Shown: one piece after another, positions 19,349-28,411 of the stretch | How the letters are laid out: each line of letters begins with the position of its first letter | Numbering within the stretch: the stretch's first letter is position 1 | Source: an uncultured delta proteobacterium | GTDB taxonomy: Bacteria > Desulfobacterota > Binatia > UBA9968 | DNA length: 64,000 nt | Direction: 5' to 3' | NCBI GenBank assembly: GCA_963804165.1 | Contig: CAWDPO010000017.1 | Span: 256,001 to 320,000, forward strand | Translations under genes and position numbers: made by a program | The notes under the pieces: generated by a model | Databases searched by the model: none | The model's input: the letters and a program-made list of their open reading frames with translations, nothing else | Told to the model about the DNA's origin: nothing

Positions 19349-20347
19349 TCACCGGTACAGTCCATCGATATATCCCGAACGATCCAACTCTTCGAGCAAA
19401 GTCGTGTCCATAAAGTCCTTCGGATTGGCTGTTTTCGCAGCGGGCGTTCGATCCATGGCATCCTTGATGATCGTTTTGAAACCTTCGATCGATGGATAAG
19501 GCTTGGGTTTAATAATTTCGCGGAGCGTTTGGTAGGCGTCCTCGAGCTGCTTTTCGTCTTTGGTTTGACGATATTTCGCGAGGGCCCGCTTGGTGAGGCT
19601 CGGATTGGTTCTGACGGCGTGAATGGCTTCTACAAAGGCTTTCAAGAAACGTCTGGCGAGATCGCGGTTTCGCACGAGCAAACGCTGGGTGGTGACCAGC
19701 CCGGTTCCCTGATACGGAACATTCAGGTCGCGCAGGTTGAGTAAAATCTTCATGCCGCCTCGTAGCGCTTGAAGGTGGTCGGGCGGGGAGAGGAGGCTGG
19801 CATCAATGGAACCGCCGTGAAGTGCGATCAACCGTTCCGGCGTATCGCCAACTTGAAGAAAAGTGACGTCTCTCTCGCCCATGCCGTATCTCGGCAGCAC
19901 GTTCAGCAAGCGAAGGTGCGATGCCGATCCGAAACGGAAAACGCCGACGCGCTTGCCTTTGAGTTCCTCCACGGCATTGATATTGGGTCGGACGACGAGC
20001 CGGTCGTTGAGGATGTCTTGGACGCCGGCGAGCATCACAGGATCGGCGCCCTGTAACCGGGCCGAGAACATGAGCGAGCCCGTCATCTGGCCAAATTCAA
20101 CTTCGCCGGCGATCAGGGTTTCAATCGCGGCGCGCGTGTAGACGATTTCCGCGTTGATACCATTCTTACCGAAAAGCCCGCCTACGTCCGCGACCCACAA
20201 CACTCCTTGTGTGGGAGAAACGGCGGAGAACGCTACGCGTGTCTTGTCGGCGCTGAGAGCGGATGTCTGGACAAGACAAAGCAAGAGCGCGCCGCTTAAG
20301 AGGAAAGGCATGCTCAATGAATGACCTGGTCTTGTGGGTATCACCAA
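19349..20347 (-). CDS. NMT1/THI5/SsuA-like substrate-binding protein
   Basis: Signal peptide; ELKGKRVGVFRFGSAS; PYPS.EG. Confidence 0.88.
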   Translation of the reverse strand: MVIPTRPGHSLSMPFLLSGALLLCLVQTSALSADKTRVAFSAVSPTQGVLWVADVGGLFGKNGINAEIVYTRAAIETLIAGEVEFGQMTGSLMFSARLQGADPVMLAGVQDILNDRLVVRPNINAVEELKGKRVGVFRFGSASHLRLLNVLPRYGMGERDVTFLQVGDTPERLIALHGGSIDASLLSPPDHLQALRGGMKILLNLRDLNVPYQGTGLVTTQRLLVRNRDLARRFLKAFVEAIHAVRTNPSLTKRALAKYRQTKDEKQLEDAYQTLREIIKPKPYPSIEGFKTIIKDAMDRTPAAKTANPKDFMDTTLLEELDRSGYIDGLYR

Positions 20348-20550
20348 GCTCCCCCATTCTGATCCGCGCTGGTTAAATATTTCAATGGCTCGCTGGAAGA
20401 TAGGAAACTTCGGCAGCGGGCGTCAAGCGGTTTATTAGCCGCCCAGAATGTTTCGCGACATCGACTTACCTCGTGCGGCGCAATGAGTTTGACATCACGG
20501 TTGCCAATTCACTACTCTCACCGCGGTGCCCGTCTACGGAGAGCGAACCA

Positions 20551-21558
20551 ATGAAAACAAAGCACACGAGGAGCGTCGATTCGCGGTGCGAGATGACCGT
20601 GTTGACAGTAGCGCTGATCGGCATTTTGATTCTAGTGGATCTCGCCGGTGCCCAAGCGCCGGCACAAAAGCTCAGCATCAGCATGTCGAGCACCGGCATG
20701 CCGTCGATCGAGCTCTTCATTGCGCGGGAGAAGAATTTTTTCCGCGAAGAAGGTTTCGAGCCGCAGCTGATCCGCATGAGCGCCAACGCAGCGATCGCCG
20801 CCGGCGTCGCCGGCGAGCTGGACGCGCTTGGGTCAGTGGGGAGTGCGGTGCGCGCAATCATGCGCGGCGTGCCGCTCAGGATTCTCTCTGTCGATCTGCG
20901 TCGTCCGATCTTTTGGTTGGTGTCACGGGGTGAATTCCGCACGGCGAAGGAACTCAAAGGTAAGCATCTCGGCATCGCCACCATCAACGGCAGCCAGCAT
21001 TCGGCAGCGCGAAAAATGCTCGCCATTCACGGCGTCGACTCGGACAAGGACCTGACGTTTGTGCAAGTGGGCGATGAAAGCGCTCAACTCCAAGCGATGG
21101 TCAGCAACTCGATCCAAGTTGCCGCGCTGACGCCGCCTTATGTTTTTCTGGGACGCGACAAATTCAAAATGAACGTCCTGGAAAGCTCCATCGATAAGTT
21201 CGCGAGTATCCAACAGGGCATCGGCGTACAGGTAAAAACATTTCAGGACAATCCGGATTGGCTGCGCAGGTTGCTACGCGTGAAGGCGAAGGCCGGACGA
21301 TTTTTCCACGAGAACGAAAAAGAGACGGCAGAGATCCTGGCGCGAACGTGGAAAACCGATGTGGCGACGGCGACGGAATGGTACCGGCGCTGCAAGCCGG
21401 CGTTCACGCCGACCGGGATTCCGACTGACGATGAGATCAAGGAGTTTCTCGCAGACGAAGCTCAGGCGCTGAAGCTAGGCGAAACTGTCGCGCCATCGAA
21501 AGTGTTCGATTTTAGTTTGCAGAGAGCCGTGAATCGAGAGTTGGGGATCAAGGGGTGA
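20551..21558 (+). CDS. NMT1/THI5/SsuA-like substrate-binding protein (close paralog of 16903-17880)
   Basis: Shared segments EEG.EPQLI.MS.N.AI.A..AGELD, LRRP.FWLV, TGIPTDDEIKE, DFSLQR.V.RELGIK. Confidence 0.9.
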   Translation: MKTKHTRSVDSRCEMTVLTVALIGILILVDLAGAQAPAQKLSISMSSTGMPSIELFIAREKNFFREEGFEPQLIRMSANAAIAAGVAGELDALGSVGSAVRAIMRGVPLRILSVDLRRPIFWLVSRGEFRTAKELKGKHLGIATINGSQHSAARKMLAIHGVDSDKDLTFVQVGDESAQLQAMVSNSIQVAALTPPYVFLGRDKFKMNVLESSIDKFASIQQGIGVQVKTFQDNPDWLRRLLRVKAKAGRFFHENEKETAEILARTWKTDVATATEWYRRCKPAFTPTGIPTDDEIKEFLADEAQALKLGETVAPSKVFDFSLQRAVNRELGIKG

Positions 21559-21566
21559 ATAGGACG

Positions 21567-21638
21567 GTTCAACGTTCAAGGGTCCAAAGTTCAAGCTTTC
21601 AAATCGTTTAAACGGTTCAAGTTGTTGAAATCGTTCAA
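21567..21638 (+). repeat. GTTCAA 7-9 bp tandem array downstream of a stop codon
   Basis: gttcaacgttcaagggtccaaagttcaagctttcaaatcgtttaaacggttcaa...gttcaa. Confidence 0.85.
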
Positions 21639-21660
21639 GGGAAGGGAAGTGACGGGAGTT

Positions 21661-22791
21661 ATGGCGAGGCAGTTTCGAGCGGACAATCTTGGTAGTCTGC
21701 TGCGGCCGCCGGAGCTTATTGAGGCGCGCGTGGCGCACCGGGAAGGACGGATCGATGTTGAGCAGCTGCGCGAGATCGAGAACCGTTCGATCCGGGCCGC
21801 GCTGGAAATGCAAAAAGCCGCCGGCGTTGATGTCTTCACTGACGGCGAATATCGGCGCGGCAACTTCATGGCCGATTTCACGAACACGCTTGACGGCATG
21901 GTGCCGAGCGAAACGATCATGGCGCCAATCTGGCGCGGGGCAAATCGCGAACTAGCGAGCCAGTTTCGCCGCTCTGACGGTGAAACAGTCGTCGGTGCCA
22001 GGCTGCGGAAAAAGACCCCTGGGGTTTTTGTCAGTGAGGCAACATTTTTGAAGCAGCATGCGCCGGGGTTGTTCAAAGTCTGTGTTCCGAGCGTCGTGCA
22101 ATTCGCCGACAGCAAATACAAACCTGGAGTGACTGATAAAATTTATCCGACGCGGCGCGCCATGGTGCAGGATTTCTCGGCGCTGCTGCGCGACGAAGTT
22201 CAAGGACTCCTGGATACGGGAACGAGTTACGTTCAACTCGACGGACCGTCGTATTTGACGCATTTGATGGACGAGCGGCGGCGTCAGCAACTGCGCGGTA
22301 TGGGCGCTGATCCGGATGAAATCCTCGATGAGGTGATCGCCGGCGATAACGCGCTCATTCAAGGGCTTCGCCGCAGTGCGGAGACGGTCATCGGCATTCA
22401 CTTCTGCCGCGGCAATAACCGCAGCTCTTGGAGCGCCGAGGGAAGCTACGAGGTTATCGCTGAGAAGACTTTCGGATCATTACAAGCCGATAGATTTCTC
22501 ATGGAGTACGACTCGGAGCGCGCCGGAGGCTTTGAGCCGCTGCGCTTTGTGCCCAAGGGTAAGACCGTCGTGCTTGGCTTGATCACGACCAAAGAGCCGG
22601 AACTGGAATCGGAAGAACTGCTCTGCCGCCGTATCGACGAGGCTGCCCGATATGTTCCACTCGAAAACCTCGCACTCAGCACCCAGTGCGGCTTCGCTTC
22701 GACGCTGCTGGGAAATTTGATTTCGGCGGATGACATGAGTCGAAAGCTTGAGCTGGTGGCGAGAGTCGCGCGGAAGGTTTGGGGGAACTAG
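21661..22791 (+). CDS. MetE C-terminal-like (YxjH-type) Zn-dependent protein
   Basis: RADNLGSLLRP, TDGEYRR, IHFCRGN, MEYD, STQCGFAS. Confidence 0.9.
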   Translation: MARQFRADNLGSLLRPPELIEARVAHREGRIDVEQLREIENRSIRAALEMQKAAGVDVFTDGEYRRGNFMADFTNTLDGMVPSETIMAPIWRGANRELASQFRRSDGETVVGARLRKKTPGVFVSEATFLKQHAPGLFKVCVPSVVQFADSKYKPGVTDKIYPTRRAMVQDFSALLRDEVQGLLDTGTSYVQLDGPSYLTHLMDERRRQQLRGMGADPDEILDEVIAGDNALIQGLRRSAETVIGIHFCRGNNRSSWSAEGSYEVIAEKTFGSLQADRFLMEYDSERAGGFEPLRFVPKGKTVVLGLITTKEPELESEELLCRRIDEAARYVPLENLALSTQCGFASTLLGNLISADDMSRKLELVARVARKVWGN

Positions 22792-22796
22792 GATAG

Positions 22797-22824
22797 GTTC
22801 AACGTTCAAGGGTTCAAGGTTCAA
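22797..22824 (+). repeat. GTTCAA x4 array
   Basis: gttcaacgttcaagggttcaaggttcaa, 5 nt after the stop codon. Confidence 0.85.
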
Positions 22825-22850
22825 AGTTTTCGATCTCTGAGACTCAATTT

Positions 22851-23031
22851 CCCGTAGCTTGCTGCGTTAGGGAAATTGCTTCGAGGTCCGTCATTCCCGC
22901 ACGTTTTAAGCGGTGGTTCGACCGCGCTCACCACAGGCGAATTCGGAACTGGAGCCCGCAATAAAAACATTCGGGGGTGACAGCCTTAAACAAGTTTAAT
23001 CGCCGAGTGCTGATACTCGCAGCTTGTTGCG
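22851..23031 (+). repeat. Family A composite element, copy 4, with nested insert
   Basis: cccgtagcttgctgcg...gtccgtcattcccgcacgttttaagcgg[tggttcgaccgcgctcaccac]aggcg...cgggggtgac...cgcagcttgttgcg. Confidence 0.8.
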
Positions 23032-23074
23032 GGTTATTCGTTCGTTATAGAAGCTCCAACGTTCAGCCAGTCCA

Positions 23075-23430
23075 ATGAAAACTGGAATTGTTGTCGGTTT
23101 GCTCATTTATTCATTGCTGAAATTTTTGCGGATTCAGGCTTCGCCCAGTCGAGCCGGAATAAAATTTGTCTGTCGCTGTCCTCCACGACGCCGTTGCTCG
23201 TGAAAGTGCCGATTACATCGTCTTAGATGCGAGCCTCCAGGTCTCGTTTCACGTCCGAAAACTTCGCGAGCGACGCACCCGCCGTGCTCGGCTCCGGTGC
23301 TGTCGATGTTTTTGGACGAGTCGATTTTTGTTTCAAACGCAGTTTAATTCGGAACTGAAACATCAAAAATCGGTCTCGGTGCTTGATATTGCCCGGATTG
23401 TGATTTTCACTGATTTGAGAACCAGGCATA
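23075..23430 (+). pseudogene. Possible decayed substrate-binding-protein remnant
   Basis: MKTGIVVGLLIYSLL then, in a shifted frame, FADSGFAQSSRNKICLSLSS, resembling an SBP signal peptide and first strand; the rest is degraded. Confidence 0.3.
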
Positions 23431-23485
23431 GCGCAGTGTGGGGAAGTCGGGCAAGACTTAAAATTGAGCGTGTCGAGGAGCTAAT

Positions 23486-23893
23486 ATGCAAAGCGATGAA
23501 CAAGAGATTCGTCAACTAGTCACGACCTGGATGGCAGCGACCAAAGCAGGCGATGTCGAAACCGTCCTGAGCTTGATGGCGGAGGACGTTGTGTTTCTGT
23601 TGCCTGGACAACCACCCATGATGGGAAAGTCCGCTTTCGCCTCAGCAGCGCGAGCTCAATCGAACCAGGGACCGGTCCAGTTCGATGGCACGAGCGAGAT
23701 TCAAGAGATCAAAGTTTTAGGTGACTGGGCGTTCATGTGGACCAAGTTGACGGTCGTGGCGACTCCGCCTGGCGGCGCCCCGCCGATGACGCGGGCGGGG
23801 CACACGCTTTCGATCCTAAAAAAGCAAAACGGGAAATGGGTGCTGGCGCGGGACGCCAACATGCTGGCCCCCGTGTCAAAGCCCGGCGCATGA
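23486..23893 (+). CDS. SgcJ/EcaC-like NTF2/SnoaL-fold protein
   Basis: DEQEIRQLV..W..AT.AGD, MAEDVVFL.PG, GKWVLARDAN; GAGGAG RBS. Confidence 0.88.
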   Translation: MQSDEQEIRQLVTTWMAATKAGDVETVLSLMAEDVVFLLPGQPPMMGKSAFASAARAQSNQGPVQFDGTSEIQEIKVLGDWAFMWTKLTVVATPPGGAPPMTRAGHTLSILKKQNGKWVLARDANMLAPVSKPGA

Positions 23894-24031
23894 CGCTGGC
23901 AAGATCTTCCACGCGCCTCCTTTTTCAGAGGAGAGAATCTTCCCCTCTTTAAGAAAGAGGGGAAAGGGGAGATTTTTCGGACACAATGACGCGAAACTAG
24001 TCCACCGCAGGCAAGTCTTCACTTGATTACG

Positions 24032-24473
24032 ATGTGGAGGGAAATCTTACTCTGGCTGTTCGTGATCAATCTCGGCATCGCATTGGAGCGGGGATCTATG
24101 AGGCCAGGGTTGTGATTCCTGGGCCCCAGCATGGCCAAACACCGGGCTCATGTTCTGGGTTTACGCGACCACCGTACCGCTTACTCTGCTAACAATCGCC
24201 AACCTCATTGCTGCCTGGTCGACTCATGGGCCGATGCGTTTCTGGCACCTTACGGCGGTTTGCATCGTTATCGTCGAACGGTTAGCTACGTTTTCCTACT
24301 TTATCCCGACGATGGTGCGGTTGATGAGCACAGACGGCGTAACGGATGCTGAGGTCAAAGCGGCGCTCTCGCAATGGCTTTTTATGAACAACGGGCGTCA
24401 CGTGCTTACGCTAACCGGTTGGCTTGCAGCGTTGAAGGCGCTCTCCTTGTCCGGGAGCCGTGGCTCTGCTTGA
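24032..24473 (+). pseudogene. DUF1772-like membrane protein, frameshifted near 24083-24130
   Basis: MWREILLWLFVINLGIA(F)GAGIYEARVVIP...WPNTGLMFWVYATTVPLTLLT...ERLATFSYFIPTM. Confidence 0.65.
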
Positions 24474-24536
24474 CGAATTCCTCTTCGCCTTGAATTGAGA
24501 CATCCGATTCTGTCGGCACGACGCTCTGCAGTCGCG

Positions 24537-25524
24537 TCAATAAGTCGAGATCGGCCGAAACGTCCTTTGGCCACGCTCTCGTCCAAAATCTCTCTTTTTC
24601 GCCTTTTGCCTCGACTTAGGTGCTCTGGAATGCCCGAACCAATCAGCGAGAAAGTCGACAAAGGTGCGCACCCGCTCGGGAACCCGCCTCGTGGGCGGAT
24701 AGACCACGTAGATCGGCCGCTGCGGCGGTGAATAATTTGGAAGCAGCTTGAGCAGCGCGCCGCTCTTCAGATCGTCTTCGATGCAGTAAAGCGGAAGGTA
24801 GCCGATGCCGAGGCCCGCAAGCGCCGCCTTGCGCAGCACGAGTGCGCTATTCGACGAAAACGTGCCGCTGATTTTTACCGAGATGACGTGGTCCGAACTG
24901 TGCAGACGCCAGGCGCGATCGTTGGGATCGAGATTGACGTGGGCCAAGCACAAGTGTTTGGTGAGATCCGCCGGCGTCTTCGGTTCACGGTGGCGATCGA
25001 GATATTTCGATGACGCGCACACTACCCACTGAAGCGTTGCGATCTTGCGGCCGATCAGAGTCGAGTCGGGGAGATCGCCCAATCGCACGGCCACATCAAG
25101 CCCCTGATCAACGAAATCGTAGGCGCGAAAGGAATAGTCTTCGAGGATAAGGCTTAGCTTGAATATTCGGATATCGCGCGGAAAAACTCACCACGGCGTC
25201 GGAGAGATAGAGCGTGCCAAATGATTTTGGCGCGGTCACTTTTAGCGAGCCGCGCGGCTCTTTCTGCAGCTGGGCGATCGATGATTCCTGCTCGCTCATT
25301 TCCGTCAACATGCGCTGGCAAAATTCCAGATAGTTAGCGCCGGCTTCTGTCAATGTCAGGGATCTTGTCGTCCGGTTGAGCAAACGCACTGCCAAGCGAT
25401 TCTCCAAATCGGTGACATGGAGGGACACCAGCGAACGCGAAATGCCCAGTTGCTTGGCCGCGGCGGAAAAACTTCCCGCGGTAGCGACTCGGACAAAGCT
25501 ATCTATGGTTCTAAAGCGATCCAT
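24537..25524 (-). CDS. LysR family transcriptional regulator (single extra base near 25160)
   Basis: HTH FVRVATAGSFSAAAKQLGISRS..., LLNRTTRSLTLTEAG; substrate domain DVAVRLG...GLGIGYLP in the next frame. Confidence 0.88.
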
Positions 25525-25536
25525 GGCTCGACATTA

Positions 25537-25557
25537 TTGTTTAGCGATGTTCAACAA
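25537..25557. promoter_or_regulatory. LysR-type T-N11-A dyad site in the divergent promoter
   Basis: TTGTT-tagcgatgttc-AACAA just upstream of the lysR start, facing the metE-like pair. Confidence 0.6.
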
Positions 25558-25647
25558 AGTGTTTACCATTTGTCGGCTTGTCGGAGCAACTGATGCTGCA
25601 TATAGCAGCAGGTAGAAGGCGTTCACGCGCTTCCCCGGAGGAATTAA

Positions 25648-26808
25648 ATGATGGCGGAATTATCAAAGGAGCCTCTTGCACAAATTCGCACAGATGTTGT
25701 CGGGAGTCTGCTTCGCCCCAAGCGGATTAAAGAGGCCTATGCGGAACGTGACCTAGGCAAGACTTCCGCCGAAGAGTTACGGCGGGTCGAAGACGACTCC
25801 ATCCGTGAAGCGGTGCGGTTTCAAGAGGAGATCGGACTGGATGTCGTTACCGACGGCGAATATCGCCGCTTAAATTTCCAGGACAGCTTCGCGGCTTCGG
25901 TGAGCGGCTTCGACGCGCGCGCGGTCAATCTTTCGTTCATGGAAAGCCTGTCGCGCGAGGGGAAGCCGCTGCAGCGCTGGGATCCTTATCACGTGGCGGA
26001 TGGAGCGGCGATTTTGCAGCGCCGGCCGGTGTCGCAAAAACTCCGCCTCGCGCGCAATCTGCCGCTTGAAGAATATCGCTTCGTCAGCAGCGTGGCGCGA
26101 AAGCCGGCCAAGGTCACTTTAGTCGGCCCGGATCGGATTACCCAGCGCTTCGACTATCAAAATTCCAAGTCGGTTTACTGGAGCACGGAGGACTTTGTGG
26201 CCGACGTGGTACGCATCGAGCGCGAGATGATTCGCAGTCTGATCGACGCCGGGTGCCGGTATATTCAAATCGACGCGCCAAGCTACACCGCCTACGTCGA
26301 TGCACCGTCGCTCAATGAGATGAAAGAGCGCGGCGAAGATCCGATGAAAAATCTCATGCGCTCGATCAAGGCCGATAATGAGATCTTGCGTCTCTTCGAT
26401 GGCGTGACGTTCGGGATTCATTTGTGCCGCGGCAACCAGCGCAGCATGTGGCATCGAGAGGGGACCTATGACGAGATCGCGGAGAGGCTTTTCAATGAAC
26501 TGCGCCATGACCGTCTTCTGCTCGAATACGACAGCCCGCGCGCCGGGACCTTCGAGCCGCTCCGTTTTGTGCCGAAGGATAAGATCGTAGTTTTGGGATT
26601 GGTGAGCACCAAGATACCGGAAATCGAAAAGGTAGACGATCTCAAGCGTCGTATCGAGACAGCATGCAAGTATATTCCCTTGGAACAGCTGGCCATCAGC
26701 CCGCAGTGCGGCTTTGCCTCGGACGTGGTCGGTAATCTCATCAGCGAGGACGATCAGAAAAGGAAATTAGAAGTCGTGGTGGAAACCGCGCGGCAGGTTT
26801 GGGGATGA
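25648..26808 (+). CDS. MetE C-terminal-like (YxjH-type) Zn-dependent protein
   Basis: VVGSLLRP, VTDGEYRR, IHLCRGN, LEYD, SPQCGFAS. Confidence 0.9.
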   Translation: MMAELSKEPLAQIRTDVVGSLLRPKRIKEAYAERDLGKTSAEELRRVEDDSIREAVRFQEEIGLDVVTDGEYRRLNFQDSFAASVSGFDARAVNLSFMESLSREGKPLQRWDPYHVADGAAILQRRPVSQKLRLARNLPLEEYRFVSSVARKPAKVTLVGPDRITQRFDYQNSKSVYWSTEDFVADVVRIEREMIRSLIDAGCRYIQIDAPSYTAYVDAPSLNEMKERGEDPMKNLMRSIKADNEILRLFDGVTFGIHLCRGNQRSMWHREGTYDEIAERLFNELRHDRLLLEYDSPRAGTFEPLRFVPKDKIVVLGLVSTKIPEIEKVDDLKRRIETACKYIPLEQLAISPQCGFASDVVGNLISEDDQKRKLEVVVETARQVWG

Positions 26809-26816
26809 TTTTGGTC

Positions 26817-26857
26817 GTTCAAGGTTCAAGGGTTCAAAAGTTCAAGGCAGATTCAAA
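26817..26857 (+). repeat. GTTCAA array
   Basis: gttcaaggttcaagggttcaaaagttcaaggcagattcaaa, after the stop codon. Confidence 0.85.
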
Positions 26858-26907
26858 GCGCTGAATGTGTTTGACGGTAGCATCGATTCTTTGGCTCTGG
26901 GAATTAT

Positions 26908-28029
26908 ATGGCCATAAAATTTCGGGCGGATAACATCGGCAGTCTTCTGCGACCGGCGGAACTGTTGGCCGCGCGGGCGGCGCTACGCGAGGGTCGTATG
27001 GACGAGCATCAAGTCCGCGAGATCGAGGATCGGTCGATCCTCACGGCCCTGGACATGCAAAAATCCGCCGGTGTCCAAATTTTCACCGACGGCGAATATC
27101 GCCGAGATATTTTTACCGCCGACATCACCAAAGCCCTTGACGGGCTCGTGCCGGGGAAACCGGTGGTGAAGTTCGAATGGCACGGTAGGGGAAAAGAACT
27201 TGCCGAGGAATCCAAGGAAGGCAACTTGCAATATATCGTCGGCGGAAAATTGCGCGGAAAAGGCCGCTTCACACCGAACGAAGCGCCGTTTTTAAAAAAA
27301 CATGCGCCGGGGCCGTTCAAGGTCTGCACGCCGGCGGCGATGCAGCACGCGATTATGCGCTATCGACCCGGCGTGACGGACAAGTTTTATCCGACCGTTC
27401 ACGATATGCTGCAAGACGTGGCGGCGATCATGCGCGAGGAAGTGCAGGCGCTGATCGACGAAGGCGCGTCTTATGTACAACTGGACGCGCCATCGTATTC
27501 GAATTTCTTCGATCACAACCGCCGAGAAGTGCTGAAGCAAAGCGGCATTAACCTGGATGAAGCGCTCGATGCAGCCATCGCCGCCGATAACGCCATGATT
27601 CAAAACCTCAAACGCAAGCCCGACGCCGTTGTCGGCATCCATTTCTGCCGCGGCAACAAGCGCAGCGCCTGGGGCGCAGATGGCAGTTATGAGCCGGTCG
27701 CCGAGAAGGCCTTCGGCTCGCTCAACATGGATCGTTATCTGCTGGAATTCGACACGGACCGCGCCGGCGGCTTCGAGCCGTTGCGATTCGTACCCAAAGA
27801 CAAAACGGTGGTGCTAGGTCTGATCACGACGAAAGAGCCGAAGCTCGAATCCGAGGATGAACTCGTGCGGCGCATCGAACGAGCGGCGAAGTATGTGCCG
27901 ATGGAAAATCTCGCTCTGAGCACGCAGTGTGGCTTTGCCTCCGCGGCGTCGGGGAATTTGATCACGTGGGACGACATGAAGCGCAAGCTCTTGTTGGTCG
28001 CCAAGCTTGCTGGCAGGGTGTGGGGATGA
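26908..28029 (+). CDS. MetE C-terminal-like (YxjH-type) Zn-dependent protein
   Basis: RADNIGSLLRP, TDGEYRR, IHFCRGN, LEFD, STQCGFAS; close paralog of 21661-22791. Confidence 0.9.
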   Translation: MAIKFRADNIGSLLRPAELLAARAALREGRMDEHQVREIEDRSILTALDMQKSAGVQIFTDGEYRRDIFTADITKALDGLVPGKPVVKFEWHGRGKELAEESKEGNLQYIVGGKLRGKGRFTPNEAPFLKKHAPGPFKVCTPAAMQHAIMRYRPGVTDKFYPTVHDMLQDVAAIMREEVQALIDEGASYVQLDAPSYSNFFDHNRREVLKQSGINLDEALDAAIAADNAMIQNLKRKPDAVVGIHFCRGNKRSAWGADGSYEPVAEKAFGSLNMDRYLLEFDTDRAGGFEPLRFVPKDKTVVLGLITTKEPKLESEDELVRRIERAAKYVPMENLALSTQCGFASAASGNLITWDDMKRKLLLVAKLAGRVWG

Positions 28030-28037
28030 CTTAACTC

Positions 28038-28093
28038 GTTCAAACGTTCAAGGTTCAACGGGTCGCCCAGTTCAAATCGTTCAAGCCGTTCAA
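28038..28093 (+). repeat. GTTCAA array
   Basis: gttcaaacgttcaaggttcaa...gttcaaatcgttcaagccgttcaa. Confidence 0.85.
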
Positions 28094-28120
28094 TTCCTTC
28101 ACCTCGAGGTTTCATTGTAA

Positions 28121-28203
28121 TGTCATCCTGAGGCGACAGCCGAAGGATCTCGTCTTCGCAAGTCACTGAGAATGCGAGCTGCTTCGCTGTGTTCAGGATG
28201 ACA
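28121..28203. repeat. REP-like palindromic element (family C)
   Basis: tgtcatcctgaggcgacagccgaaggatct ... gcttcgctgtgttcaggatgaca; relatives at 42106-42213 and ~36968-37017. Confidence 0.8.
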
Positions 28204-28411
28204 CACCAGGTTTTTTTTTGGCGACACAGCCACCTAGCCGAGGGGATGAAGGAGGTTTATAGTGAGAGCTCGCTCTCCTTTCGGCCGTGCATCGCCTTAC
28301 TAGCTTATTTCGACGTTCACGAATCGCTGGACAACGCGCTGTGTTCCGGTTTAAAAAAGAATACTTGATGCGCCTCTGGCGCATGAGATTTTCGAGTTGG
28401 GAGGGAACTAG

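Noticed and set aside
25108-25524. Split LysR as a two-gene system or programmed frameshift
   Set aside because: Removing one A (CAAG to CAG) restores a normal LysR; no slippery motif is present.
21567-28093. GTTCAA arrays as CRISPR repeats
   Set aside because: Units are 6-9 bp with no unique 30-40 bp spacers, and there are no cas genes.
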